Source: an uncultured Actinomycetes bacterium
GTDB taxonomy: Bacteria > Actinomycetota > Actinomycetes > Streptosporangiales > Streptosporangiaceae
Reading direction: 5' to 3'
Length of the DNA stretch: 64,000 nt
Assembly: GCA_963706115.1 (NCBI GenBank)
Contig: CAVPMG010000023.1
Coordinates: 37,613-101,612 of the forward strand
Part shown: piece after piece, positions 45,126-55,132 of the stretch
Layout of the letters: every line of letters starts with the position of its first letter
Position numbering within the stretch: the stretch's first letter is position 1
The notes under the pieces: model-generated
Told to the model about the DNA's origin: nothing
Database searches by the model: none
What the model saw: only the letters and a program-made list of their open reading frames with translations
Position numbers and translations under genes: made by a program

Positions 45126-45803
45126 CTACACCGGGATCGCGGTGCCGGACACCAGATGTGCCTGCGGGGAGGCCAGGAACAGGTAGGCCCGGGCGATGTC
45201 GGCGACCTTCGGCCAGGAGCCGTGGTCGGCGTCCGGCATCGCCGCCCGGTTGGCCGGTGTGTCGATGATGCTCGGCACCACGCAGTTGACCGTGATGCCG
45301 GTGCCCCGCGTCTCGTCGGCCGCCATCGCCACCAGGTGCAGCACGCCCAGCTTGCTCACCGAGTAGGCGAACCCCTGGCCCTTGGTCACCAGGGCCGCCC
45401 GGCTGGCCGTGTGCACGATCCTGCCCTCGCCGGCGCGCCGCAGCGCCGCCAGCGCGTGCTTGTTCACCAGGGCGGCGCTGACCAGGTTCAGGTCGAGCTG
45501 GGTGGTGAGTTCGCCGGGATCGAGGGCGTCGAGCCGGGTGTGCGGCGCGTAGCCCCCGATCGTGTTGACCACGGCCCAGGGCGGTGGCTGCCGGCCGAAC
45601 AGGTCCGCGAGCGCGGCGTCGTCCAGGACGTCCACCGCGTGATAGCGGACCCCGTCAAGGCGGTGCCCGGCCGAGGGCAGGTGCTTGTCTGCCCCGGCCA
45701 CCGCCGCGCCGGCCTCGGCGAACGCCGCGGCCAGGCCTCCGCCCAGGGCCCCCGCCGCGCCGAAGACAAGCACGGTCCGGCCCGCGTACCCGGTATCTGC
45801 CAT
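45126..45803 (-). CDS. SDR family NAD(P)-dependent oxidoreductase
   Basis: ATG 45803 (MADTGYAGRTVLVFGAAGALGGG). YSVSKLG catalytic motif. The rest of the 825-aa ORF (to 47603) is antisense shadow. Confidence 0.85.
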   Translation of the reverse strand: MADTGYAGRTVLVFGAAGALGGGLAAAFAEAGAAVAGADKHLPSAGHRLDGVRYHAVDVLDDAALADLFGRQPPPWAVVNTIGGYAPHTRLDALDPGELTTQLDLNLVSAALVNKHALAALRRAGEGRIVHTASRAALVTKGQGFAYSVSKLGVLHLVAMAADETRGTGITVNCVVPSIIDTPANRAAMPDADHGSWPKVADIARAYLFLASPQAHLVSGTAIPV

Positions 45804-45805
45804 GG

Positions 45806-46510
45806 TCACTTCCTCGCCTTTCTGACGTCCGGTCCCTTCCCGGCACCGGGAGCGTCCCGCAGGTCCGGCTGCTGGCCGGCCTGCGCCGCGGCGCGGCGCC
45901 TGCGGCGCAGCACGGCCCGGGTGATCATGGCGGCGACCAACACCGCCAGGGCGATCAGCAGGTAGAGCGAATAGCGCACGACGTCGGTATAGATCGTGCC
46001 GATGTGGTTGCCTGCCAGGTAGCCAAGCGGCGCCCAGAGTGCGACCCACAGCACGGCGCCGAGCGTGGTGAAGGCCACGAAGCGCCGCCACGGCATCTCG
46101 GCGGTCCCGGCGATGATGCCCGCCGCCTGGCGGAGGCCCTCGAAGAACCGCGCGGCGACGACCACCAGGCCGCCGTGGCGTTCGAAGAACCCCTCGGTTT
46201 TCTCCAGCCGCTCGGGGGTCAGGAACACGTACTTGCCGAACCGCAGTGCGAGCGCGTGGCCGCCGAAGTATCCGATCGCGTAACCGATGCAGTTGCCCAC
46301 GACCGCCGCGAGCACCGCGATGGCACCGACCGCGACGATGTTGAGCCGGCCGGTGCCGGCGTAGACCGAGGCCGCGACCAGGATCGTCTCCCCGGGCGCG
46401 GGCACACCAAAGTTCTCCACCAGGATGAGCCCGGCGACCGCCAGGTACCCGTAATTCTCGAGTACCGGTGCCACGGCTCCGAGCAGCCCTGGCAGAGGTG
46501 TCGCGGACAT
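45806..46510 (-). CDS. DedA family membrane protein
   Basis: LENYGYLAVAGLILVENFGVPAPGETILVAA, FFERHGGLVVVAARFFEGLRQAAGIIAG. Confidence 0.9.
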   Translation of the reverse strand: MSATPLPGLLGAVAPVLENYGYLAVAGLILVENFGVPAPGETILVAASVYAGTGRLNIVAVGAIAVLAAVVGNCIGYAIGYFGGHALALRFGKYVFLTPERLEKTEGFFERHGGLVVVAARFFEGLRQAAGIIAGTAEMPWRRFVAFTTLGAVLWVALWAPLGYLAGNHIGTIYTDVVRYSLYLLIALAVLVAAMITRAVLRRRRRAAAQAGQQPDLRDAPGAGKGPDVRKARK

Positions 46511-46655
46511 CTGCGTGCCTTTCGGTGTCGGCGCCCCGCGCCCGTGGCGGGCCCCCGGTGCGGGGCCAGCATGCCGAAGTTACCTGATCCCTATCTACCA
46601 GCCTGCTACGACCACAGGGTGTAATGACCGGGGTAAGACCGTGACGTGCGGAGGG

Positions 46656-47687
46656 ATGGGCACTATGCAGGCTCCGGGGGCATTCGCCGACATGACCGCG
46701 CTGCGCGAATGCTGGCATCCGGTCGCCTTCGCCGCTGAACTCGCCGGCCAGCCGGTCCACGCCGACCTGCTCGGCCAGCCGCTGGTCCTGTGGCGCGGCC
46801 AGGACGGCCGGCCGCGGGCCAACTCTGACCTGTGCGTGCACCGCGGCACGGCGCTGTCCCTCGGCTGGATCCGCGGCGACGAACTGGTCTGCCCCTACCA
46901 CGGCTGGCGTTACCGTGCCGACGGACGCTGTGCCGCCATACCCCAGTTGGAGAACCCGTCCCGGGTCCCGCGCAAGGCGCGCATCGAAGCGTTCGGCTGC
47001 CAGGAGCGGTACGGGCTGATCTGGGTGGCGCTGGCGGAGCCGCGGTGGCCCTTGCCCGAGGTGCCGGAACTGGAGTACGGCAGCTGGACGGTGGTGTCCG
47101 CTGGTCCTTACCGGTGGCGCTGCGACGCCGCCCGCCAGGTGGAGAACTTCACCGACTTCGGCCACTTCCCCTGGGTGCACCCGGGGCTGCTCGGGGATCC
47201 GGACCGGCCGGTGGTGCCGCGGCATGAGGTCGCCGCCGAGGGCAACGTGCTGCACTACTCGATCGTCCGGCCCGAGGCGTCCAACACCGACGACTTCCCG
47301 GTGTTCGGCAACGAGCAGGCCGGCCCGCCCGAGCGGCGCAGCCGCTACGAACTGCACCTGCCGTACACGATCGTGCTGCGCCTCGGCTGGGGCGGCGAGC
47401 GCGGCATGGTTTATTTCTTCGCCTCCCAGCCGGTCGCCGCCGACCGGTGTGCCGGGTACGTGGTGATCGGCCGCAACTACAACCTCGACCAGCCGCAGCA
47501 GGTGATCCAGGAGTTCGAGGACACCATCTTCGGCCAGGACCAGGTGGTGGTGGAGTCGCAGCGGCCCGAGCAGGTGCCCTTCGACCTGGCGGCCGAACTG
47601 CACCTGAAGTTCGACGCGGTGGCGGTCGCCTACCGCAAGGCGATGCGCGGTCTCGGCCTGGCCACCAGCGAACCCGCGCCGCGCTGA
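46656..47687 (+). CDS. Rieske [2Fe-2S] non-haem iron oxygenase (PaO/vanillate-demethylase-like alpha subunit)
   Basis: Rieske motif CVHRGTALSLG...CPYHGW. Mononuclear iron motif NFTDFGHFPWVH. The start is ATG 46656 or 46665 (GGAGGG lies at 46650-46655). Confidence 0.85.
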   Translation: MGTMQAPGAFADMTALRECWHPVAFAAELAGQPVHADLLGQPLVLWRGQDGRPRANSDLCVHRGTALSLGWIRGDELVCPYHGWRYRADGRCAAIPQLENPSRVPRKARIEAFGCQERYGLIWVALAEPRWPLPEVPELEYGSWTVVSAGPYRWRCDAARQVENFTDFGHFPWVHPGLLGDPDRPVVPRHEVAAEGNVLHYSIVRPEASNTDDFPVFGNEQAGPPERRSRYELHLPYTIVLRLGWGGERGMVYFFASQPVAADRCAGYVVIGRNYNLDQPQQVIQEFEDTIFGQDQVVVESQRPEQVPFDLAAELHLKFDAVAVAYRKAMRGLGLATSEPAPR

Positions 47688-47699
47688 AGGCTGCGGACG

Positions 47700-48047
47700 C
47701 TAGGAGCCGGCCCGGGCTTCCTCGATGGTCAGTTCTGCCGCGGGGTCGGCTTCCAGCCGTTCCGGCGGGATCGGCGCGCCGCTGCGGACCGAGCGGCCGT
47801 AGCTGCCGTCATCCAGCCGCTTCAGCGCGCGGTCGAGCGCGGCCAGCCGGTTCCGCAGGGTTTCGGCGACGGAGTCGTCCAGGCCCTCGGCGGCCAGTGG
47901 CTGCGCGGCGTCGGCGGCGTCACCCGTCTCAGCCTGTTCGTCCTCGGTCTGCCGGTCCTGCTCGGCCGCTTGTTCGGTGTCCTGGATCAGGCCCAGCACC
48001 TCGGCGCGTTCGGCCAGCAGCCGTTCCCGCGCTTGCTCGTTGTCCAT
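47700..48047 (-). CDS. TraR/DksA-family protein lacking the four zinc-finger cysteines
   Basis: ATG 48047. Coiled-coil N-terminus, then LKRLDDGSYGRSVRSGAPIPPERLEADPAAELTIEEA, which matches the DksA pattern LxxGxYGxCxxCGxxIxxxRLxAxPxAxxCxxC with every Cys replaced. Confidence 0.75.
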   Translation of the reverse strand: MDNEQARERLLAERAEVLGLIQDTEQAAEQDRQTEDEQAETGDAADAAQPLAAEGLDDSVAETLRNRLAALDRALKRLDDGSYGRSVRSGAPIPPERLEADPAAELTIEEARAGS

Positions 48048-48182
48048 GACCCGCAACCCTAACCGTCCCGCCGCCGGCCTTCGCCCGCCAGCCCCGCCCC
48101 CCACACCCCATTTCCATTACTACGGACGATTCTCCGCACATAGCACGGAGGATCGTCCGTGATCATGGTTGCGACGCTGGTG

Positions 48183-48560
48183 TCAGCTGGGCAGCTGGGT
48201 CAGAGACAGGACGTTTGCGTCCGGGTCGCGGAACCAGGCCACCTGGGCTCCGCCGGGCGCGGTCCACACGCCCGCGGTGTCCTGGTCCATGCCCTCGAAC
48301 CTGACGAACTCCACGCCGCGCCCGGCCAGGTCCGCGATCGTCTCGTGGATCGTCGCGACCACCCAGCCGAACACCGTGAAGGGCTGCGGCGTCAGCTCGC
48401 CGACCTTGGTCACCCGCAGCGTGATCGGGCCCACCCGGAACACGCAGGCGAAGCTGCTGATGTCCTGCACCGGGAGGCCGAGGGCCCCCTCGTAGAAGTC
48501 ACGTGCCCGGCCCAGGTCGGTGCTCGGCACGAGGGCGACGGGAAGCGCTGATTCCAGCAT
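48183..48560 (-). CDS. VOC (glyoxalase/bleomycin-resistance) family protein
   Basis: 125 aa from ATG 48560: MLESALPVALVPSTDLGRARDFYEGALGL...AWFRDPDANVLSLTQ. The upstream part of the 434-aa ORF is antisense shadow. Confidence 0.8.
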   Translation of the reverse strand: MLESALPVALVPSTDLGRARDFYEGALGLPVQDISSFACVFRVGPITLRVTKVGELTPQPFTVFGWVVATIHETIADLAGRGVEFVRFEGMDQDTAGVWTAPGGAQVAWFRDPDANVLSLTQLPS

Positions 48561-48671
48561 CCCCCCACCGTAGAAGACTGCCCCGGCACGGCGGCGCCCG
48601 GCTGCCCTGCTGGGCGGCGCGGTGACAAGCACCACAGTGGCCGCCCGGCGCGGGCGTGGCACGCTTGGGGG

Positions 48672-49643
48672 ATGGGCTTCAATTCCGGGGATCTTGACTG
48701 GGCGGCCGGCATCGTGGGGCGGTGGGTGCCACCGACGCCCCAGTACGTATGGCCGCTGCTCGCGGAGCACGCCGGCGCCGAGGTCTGGGTCAAGCACGAG
48801 AACCACACCCCGACCGGTGCCTTCAAGGTTCGCGGCGGGCTGGTCTACGCCGAGCGGCTCCGGGCCGGGCGGCCCGACGTTAAGGGCATCGTGTCGGCGA
48901 CCCGTGGCAACCACGGCCAGAGCCTGGCCTTCGCCGGGCGGGCTGCCGGTGTCGGCGTCACAATCGTGGTCCCCGAGGGCAACAGCCCGGACAAGAACGC
49001 GGCCATGCGCGGCTTCGGCGCGGAACTGATCGTGCATGGCCGTGACTACCAGTCCTCCCGTGAGCACGCCGCCGAACTGGGCGCGCAGCGAGGGCTGGAG
49101 ACCGTCCCGCCGTTCCACCCGGATCTGGTGCTCGGCGTGGCCACGTACGCCAGGGAACTGTTCGCCGCCGCTGGCGAGCTTGATGCCGTCTACGTGCCGG
49201 TCGGCATGGGCTCGGGCATCTGCGGCATCATCGGCGTGCGCGATCTGCTTGGCCTGCGTACCGAGGTGATCGGGGTGGTCGCGGCGCAGGCCCCGGCCAC
49301 GGCGCTGTCGTTCGAGGCCGGGCGGGTGGTCACCACGGAGACCGCACACACATTCGCGGACGGCGTCGCCTGCCGGGTCCCCGACTCCGATGCCATCGCC
49401 ACCATCAACGCTGGCGCCGCGCGCGTGCTCACCATCAGCGAGGACGACGTGGCGCAGGCGATGCGGGTCCTGTTCAGTACCACGCACAACGTCCCCGAGC
49501 CCGCGGGAGCGCTGGCCCTGGCCGGCCTGCTCGCCGAGCGCCCCCTGATGGCAGGCAAGCGCGTCGCGGTGATCCAGACCGGCGGGAACGCGGACACCGG
49601 CCTGCTGCTGCAGGTCCTGGCCGGCGAGACGCCGGCCGCCTGA
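48672..49643 (+). CDS. PLP-dependent threonine dehydratase family protein (short form, no ACT domain)
   Basis: PLP lysine motif PTGAFKVRGG. SATRGNHGQSLAFAG. GMGSGICG phosphate loop. Confidence 0.85.
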   Translation: MGFNSGDLDWAAGIVGRWVPPTPQYVWPLLAEHAGAEVWVKHENHTPTGAFKVRGGLVYAERLRAGRPDVKGIVSATRGNHGQSLAFAGRAAGVGVTIVVPEGNSPDKNAAMRGFGAELIVHGRDYQSSREHAAELGAQRGLETVPPFHPDLVLGVATYARELFAAAGELDAVYVPVGMGSGICGIIGVRDLLGLRTEVIGVVAAQAPATALSFEAGRVVTTETAHTFADGVACRVPDSDAIATINAGAARVLTISEDDVAQAMRVLFSTTHNVPEPAGALALAGLLAERPLMAGKRVAVIQTGGNADTGLLLQVLAGETPAA

Positions 49644-49677
49644 GGGCTACGTCTCCCCGCATCCGTGCGGGCAAAGG

Positions 49678-49710
49678 CCGAGGGGACCGCCTGGGTGGCG
49701 GTCCCCTCGG
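49678..49710. terminator. Hairpin in a convergent gap
   Basis: Perfect 14-bp stem CCGAGGGGACCGCC / GGCGGTCCCCTCGG with loop TGGGT. It lies between the stops at 49643 (+) and 49757 (-). Confidence 0.65.
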
Positions 49711-49756
49711 TGGGCGCCGGTGTCACCGGTGCCCGAAGGCCCTCAGCGCCCGAGCG

Positions 49757-51438
49757 TCAGCTCTGTGGGCACGGGTTGGGAATGATGTTGCGGAAGTCCT
49801 CGAAGAAGTTCGAGGAGCTGCCGCCCGGGTTGGTGTAGTCCAGCGGGGTCAGCGTGCCGTACTGGCCGTTCTGACCGAAGTTGCTGATCTCACCGGGGAT
49901 GTCGTTGCCGAATTGCCAGGTGCAGCCGTTGCCGCCCTTCATGGTGTCGGAGAAGAACGGGTAGAAGGTGGCCGGGCCACCGCTGTCGGTCTGCGGAATG
50001 AGCGTGCAGCCGTTGCCGGTGGTCACATCACAGGTGCCCTCGACCGCCGGCAAGTCGGCTTCAAACACCGCCTGAGCGTATTGCTGCCCGTTGGTTGTCG
50101 GGCTGGTGAACTGGAACGGCGTCGGGTGCATCGAGGTGTTGCCGTTCGCCCAGAGGCGCTGGTACGAGGCACCGTCGAACCCGGTGTTGGTGAAGGTACA
50201 GCCGGTGACTTTGTATACCGGTGCCTCCTTGGCCGGGAAGCAGAAGGCGTCATCGCCGTCCGCCGGCGTCGCGTTCAGCCCGCGCCCTTCGTTGTTGCCG
50301 TTGGGGCACACGGTCGGGTTGCCGTTGGCCAGGAGGCCGAACGGCGTGGCCGGGATCGACTTCGGGCCGGTGCAGAACTGGAAGTGGCCGATCTCGCTGT
50401 CGAAGCCGACGTTGAACGCGTGCGCGGCCCAGGTGACGCGCGTCTTGGTGGACGACGTCTTGTACATCGGGTGGAAGTTATAGGGGATCGCGTTGCAGGA
50501 CGTGCCGTTGGGGTCGAACCCGATCTGGGCGAACCCGTTGGCCTTGCTGGCCGTCATGGACCCGCTCTGGCCCGTGGTGAGGTCGTTGAGGACGACCTTC
50601 ACACCGTTCGGGGTGTCGCCGATGGTCGTCTTCACGCGGTCGCCCTGGTTCATGAACAGGTCCTGGGAGCTCGGCGTGAACGTGGCCAGCGTCGAGTCGA
50701 TCGGGTTGGCCGGGCCCGTGGACTTGCCGTTCTTGGTGATGAAGGCGAAGTTGAGGTACTCGAACGCCGGCCTTCGCCAGGCAGCCGGGGTTGTTCAGCT
50801 GGTTGGTCACCGGGTTCAGCGACAGGCTGTCGATGTTCAGCGCGGCACACCACCGGGTGGGGTCGCAGGAGCTGGCGCCCACGGCCACCCGCCAGGTCGG
50901 CCACTGGATCCAGCCGGGCGGGTAGAACTGCATCTCCATGAAGGCCGTGCCCGCGTGCCGGGGGCTGGTCGCCGGGTTGAGGATGTTGCTGTCGCTGTCT
51001 GGCGGGCACGTCTTGATCTGCTCGGGGAACGACTGGGTGTCGCACATGCGCCATGCCGAACCAGTCGGCGCCGCTCAGCTCGAAGGAAAAGGCCTTGTTC
51101 ACGTTGTTCGGGTTGCTCGCCGGCGGCTCTTTGGGCAGCGTCACGGTGTAGCTCATGTGGTTGCCGGACCCGGCCTTGTGCGAGTAGAAGGCCAGCGACG
51201 GCTCGTCGTGGCCCACGTAGTGGCCGAACACCTTGTCCGAGTTCGCGACCTCGGTGCACAGCGCGGCAGCCTGCGCACAGTTGATGTGCATCGGCTTGCT
51301 CGAGTACGCCGTGTGCTTGACCGCGTGAGTCACGTGCGTCGCGGCCTGCGAGACGGTACCGCTGGTCGCCGCGACCGGTGCGATTGCCACCGCGGCCGCC
51401 GCGACCACATACATCCAGGACCTGACGGGTTTTCTCAA
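49757..51438 (-). pseudogene. Secreted Cys-rich protein of about 560 aa, family unrecognised, interrupted by two frameshifts
   Basis: TTG 51438 lies 8 nt after AAGGAGG; signal peptide RKPVRSWMYVVAAAAVAIAPVAA. The coding sense continues across three ORF-track pieces: 50650-51606 frame up to ..ADWFGMA; 50478-51047 frame CDTQSFPEQIK...NNPGCLAKAG; 49757-50653 frame FEYLNFAFITKNGK...NPCPQS. Shifts are near 51048 and 50766. Confidence 0.7.
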
Positions 51439-52026
51439 TACCCCCACCTCCTTGTGGATGAAGGCCCGGACGGCATCCGCCAAGCTCTTGCGCACCACCT
51501 GCCGTCCCTGGGCACTTTGCCTAGAATCGCACCGGCCTTTGCGTCCGTCTATGGCCAATCGCGTTCTGCCTGCTAATCGATCCGGCCGTGTTCGCGAAAC
51601 GTGCATGAGTTGTTAACCGGGATAAGAGGCCAGGAGACCTGGCCATACTGGCGAGCGGCAGGCCTTCGGTGCCAGAGTCATACGGGGCCGGAATTCAGCA
51701 TCGATCGGAGTGATTCGGCATGCCTGACATCTCCCGGATCTGGCGGCCCGAGCGGCTGAGGAGCCTGGCGGACGCGTCGCCGGGTCTCGCTGCTCGCCGC
51801 GACGGCCGTGGCGGGGACGTCCCTCTCGTCCGCGGCCGGGGCGGTGTCGGGCCCGGCGCCAGTGCGGCCGACATGGCCGGCGAGCTGCAGGGGTGTGGTG
51901 CACCAGTGCGAGCAACTGCTGGGCGGTTGGCGACAATTTCGCCGAGGGGGGCGGCATGGGCAAAGCCCTCATCGAACGGTGGAACGGCAGCGCCTGGTCG
52001 ATTACCGCCTGACCGGGGTGGCAGCC

Positions 52027-52849
52027 ATGCGGGTGATGCTGGCCAGCGAGCCCGGCGCGGCTGGACCGGCCCAACGAGGACTTCGCCGCCGCCGTGCCCG
52101 GGGCCGTGGTGCTCCTCGACGGAGCCGGTTACTATCCCGCGTCGGGCATCGGCTGCGTGCACGGCATCGCCTGGTACGCGCGCACGCTCGGCGGGCTGCT
52201 CGCCGCCGGGGCCAGCGACGACCGGGTGCCGCTCGCCGAACTGCTCAGCCGGGGGATCGAGCGGGTCGGCCAGATGCACGCGGGCACCTGCGACCTCGGG
52301 CACCCGGCCACGCCCGGCGCCACCGTGATCATCGCCCGCCAGTCGGGCGACACGCTGGAATACCTGGTGCTGTGCGACTCGGTGCTTGTGCTCCAGCCCC
52401 GGGCGGGCGAGCCACGCGCGATCACCGACACCCAGCTCGGCGAGACCATGGCCAGGTTCCGGCCCGCCGCCAGCCTGCAGCCCGGCACCCCGGAACACGA
52501 CGCGGCCTGGCGGGCCTACACGCGGGAGCTTGAGGATGCGCGCAACAAGCCCGGCGGGTACTGGCTCGCGGCCGCGGACCCGGCCGCCGCGGGCCACGCA
52601 CTGACCGGCGCGCAGCCCCTGGCCGGACTGTCGGCCGTGGCGTTGCTCAGCGACGGCGCCAGCCGCCTGGCCGACCGGTTCCACCTGGCCACCTGGGCGC
52701 AGGTGTGCGCCATCCTCACGCGCGACGGGCCTCGTGGGCTGATCGAGCAGGTCCGGGCGGCCGAGTCCACCGACCCCCGGGGCGAGCGCTGGCCCCGGGG
52801 CAAGATCCACGACGACGCCACCGCCGTCTTCTGGCCGATCCCGGGCTGA
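52027..52849 (+). pseudogene. PP2C-like (protein phosphatase 2C domain) protein with a frameshift after about 13 codons
   Basis: ATG 52027 gives MRVMLASEPGAAG in frame 1. The conserved continuation RPNEDFAAAVPGAVVLLDGAGYYPASGIGCVHG... is in frame 2 (ORF 52094-52849). A one-base indel near 52065 would join them. Confidence 0.6.
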
Positions 52850-52920
52850 GTTCCGCGCGGCGGGCCAGGCTGCCACGGGGCGTCGTACGGCTTGTAAATC
52901 GTGCCTGTGCGGGGAGCCGC

Positions 52921-54093
52921 CTACCAGGTCTCGAAGAAGACGTTGGTGCCGTCCGCGGGCGTGAGGTTGACCAGCCGGCCGCGGTCGATCCAGCCGTTGT
53001 GCGTCGCGCCCTCGGGGGGACCGGCGTTGAGGATCAGGAAGCGGGTGGACGGGTCGGCGGCGAAGGATCGGTAGAACACGCCGTCACCGGTGTTCTCGTG
53101 GAACAGGAGCCGGATCGGATGGCCGGTGGCCGGGTCGACCTTGACGACGTCGATGTTGCCCGGTGTCCCGGCGCCGCGCGGTGAATGCAGGGCCACGACG
53201 ATCAGCGCGGACCCGTCGGGGGTGATCACCGAGTCGTTGATGTACCCCACGGCGTGGCCGGTGAGCGAGGACTTCAGCAGCAGCAGCTTGCTGTGGTCCA
53301 GGTCGCCCCCGGTGACCGCGTGGCGGATCACCCGCCACTGCCCGCCGAATGAGCACTGCGGGATGGTGCCGCCCGGCTTGCACACGGTCGCCTGGAACAC
53401 CAGTTCCCGGCCGGCCCGGGTCCAGGACAGGTCACCGATGCCGAACCGGGTCGTGCCGGGCGCTCCCGTGCCGTTGTGCCACACCGCGCGGGAACCGGTC
53501 CGGGTATTGAGGACCTCGATGTTCGGCGCCGCATGCGCGGCGTTGCCGACCGTGCTGGCGGCGAGCAGCGCGCCGTCGGGCGTTGCCGCCATCCGGTCGA
53601 GGCCCACCGCGCCCAGGTCGCCGCCCGGCACCAGGGAGTAGCCCGGGATCCGGCCCGAGCTGGTGAGCTGGAACCGGTAGATCCGCGTGCCGGTGACCAC
53701 GAAGCTCTGGCCGATGCCGCGGGACTTCTGGCAGGCAAGGAAGAACGTCCGCCCGTCGGCGGGCGCCAGCCCCTGGTCCGCGACATACGACTTCGGCCAG
53801 GGGCAGTTGACCTTGGCTGTCACCGCCCCGGTGGCCGTGGCCCGCACCAGCGTCACCGGCTGGCCGGGCTTCGCCGCGAGTATCTGGACGTAGTAGCGCG
53901 GTGCTCCGGCGACCGCGCTGCCGCCGCCGCTGGCGGCCGGCCAGAACAGTTGTCCCGGCATCGCGATGCCCAGCCCGGTGAGCAGCACGATGGCGGCCGT
54001 CCCGGTGGCCCATTCCCTCCTGCGGCGCCTGATCACCCGGGGGCGCACCGCACCGGCCGCGGCATTGAGAAGATCACGCAACTGGGCGCTCAT
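52921..54093 (-). CDS. Membrane-anchored extracytoplasmic protein, probable beta-propeller (TolB-like), unknown function
   Basis: ATG 54093. Basic N-terminus, one TM helix (ATGTAAIVLLTGLGIAM), then about 330 aa rich in beta-strand/turn patterns (..TPDGALLAAS.., ..ITPDGSALIVVAL..). Confidence 0.55.
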   Translation of the reverse strand: MSAQLRDLLNAAAGAVRPRVIRRRRREWATGTAAIVLLTGLGIAMPGQLFWPAASGGGSAVAGAPRYYVQILAAKPGQPVTLVRATATGAVTAKVNCPWPKSYVADQGLAPADGRTFFLACQKSRGIGQSFVVTGTRIYRFQLTSSGRIPGYSLVPGGDLGAVGLDRMAATPDGALLAASTVGNAAHAAPNIEVLNTRTGSRAVWHNGTGAPGTTRFGIGDLSWTRAGRELVFQATVCKPGGTIPQCSFGGQWRVIRHAVTGGDLDHSKLLLLKSSLTGHAVGYINDSVITPDGSALIVVALHSPRGAGTPGNIDVVKVDPATGHPIRLLFHENTGDGVFYRSFAADPSTRFLILNAGPPEGATHNGWIDRGRLVNLTPADGTNVFFETW

Positions 54094-54170
54094 CGCGATC
54101 ACCAGACCTTTCGCTGCCTAACACGACTACCTGACCCTCTGGGAGGTTGCCTGCGATCTGAATCATTCGG

Positions 54171-54371
54171 CTACCGCTGGCCGAGCAGGCCGGCGGCGTT
54201 GTCGTGCAGGATGGCCTGGAGCTCCGGCTCGGCGAAGCCAAGTTGCCCGACGGCCTGGATGGCACCGAGCGGATCATCCAGCGGGTAGTCGCTGCCGAAG
54301 ATGAGCCGGTCCGTGCCGACCTTGCGCAGCACCCAGGACAGCTGCTCGGCGAACGGGCTGTTCGCGAACAT
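54171..54371 (-). pseudogene. C-terminal remnant of an amidohydrolase-2 family gene
   Basis: Only the last ~66 aa are present (MFANSPFAEQLSWVLRKVGTDRLIFGSDYPLDDPLGAIQAVGQLGFAEPELQAILHDNAAGLLG). The methyltransferase gene stops at 54467, leaving no room for the roughly 200 missing residues. Confidence 0.55.
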
Positions 54372-54466
54372 GGTGGCGGCATTCCTGGCTGGTCCAGGGT
54401 TGGCGCCAGCTCTGGTCTGAATGGGCACCTGCCCCATACTTTCGCATGGACGCGGCCCGCGCGTGG

Positions 54467-55132
54467 CTAACGTGCTGGCTTGCGGGCCCGGATGCCGAGG
54501 TTGATCGGGACCGGCCGTTCGCCCAACTCGGCTACGTGCTCGATCGCCAGCCCCGCGCTGATGAACGCGTTGAGCAGGTCGGCCAGGGGGTGGTGGCGCA
54601 TCCCGACCCGCTTGCGCACGAATTCGCCCCACCATGGCGATTCCTGATGCCATCCGGCCAGACGGTAGGTGGGGTGCGCACGCATCCCGCCGTCCTCCAT
54701 CCATTCGGTGTGCGGGCCGTTGAAGCAGGGATGAGCACCGGAGAAGACCAGCAGTCCCCCCGGGGTGAGCACCCGCGCCGCTTCGGCCAGCACCACGGCG
54801 AAGTCATCGACATCGGTCGAGATCCACATGGTGGCCACGGTCGGGAAGGTGCCGCTGGCGAAGGGCAGCGCTGCCGCGTCGCCCTGGACGATCTGCCGGG
54901 ACCTGCCGCGGGCGAAGCGCAGTTGGCCGGCCGAGTAGTCGAGCCCGACGACGGTTCGCCCGGTCGCGGTGATTACGTCGAAGTAGTGCCCGCTGCCACA
55001 GCCTAGGTCCAGGCAGAGGCCATGGCCCGGGCCGAGCAGGTCCTGCAGCCCGGCTGCGTTGCGCTCGGCATGCGGCTTGTTCCAGGTCTCGTACCAGTCG
55101 GCATACCCGTCATAGCGCGCCCTGGCCGGCAT
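54467..55132 (-). CDS. Class I SAM-dependent methyltransferase
   Basis: ATG 55132. SAM motif I LDLGCGSGHY. Post-I VVGLDYS. LTPGGLLVFSG. Confidence 0.85.
   Translation of the reverse strand: MPARARYDGYADWYETWNKPHAERNAAGLQDLLGPGHGLCLDLGCGSGHYFDVITATGRTVVGLDYSAGQLRFARGRSRQIVQGDAAALPFASGTFPTVATMWISTDVDDFAVVLAEAARVLTPGGLLVFSGAHPCFNGPHTEWMEDGGMRAHPTYRLAGWHQESPWWGEFVRKRVGMRHHPLADLLNAFISAGLAIEHVAELGERPVPINLGIRARKPAR

Noticed and set aside
45804-47603. Upstream 600 codons of the 825-aa minus-strand ORF 45126-47603
   Set aside because: Only the last 225 codons (SDR, from ATG 45803) make sense. The remainder overlaps the DedA gene in another frame and is antisense to the Rieske oxygenase gene.
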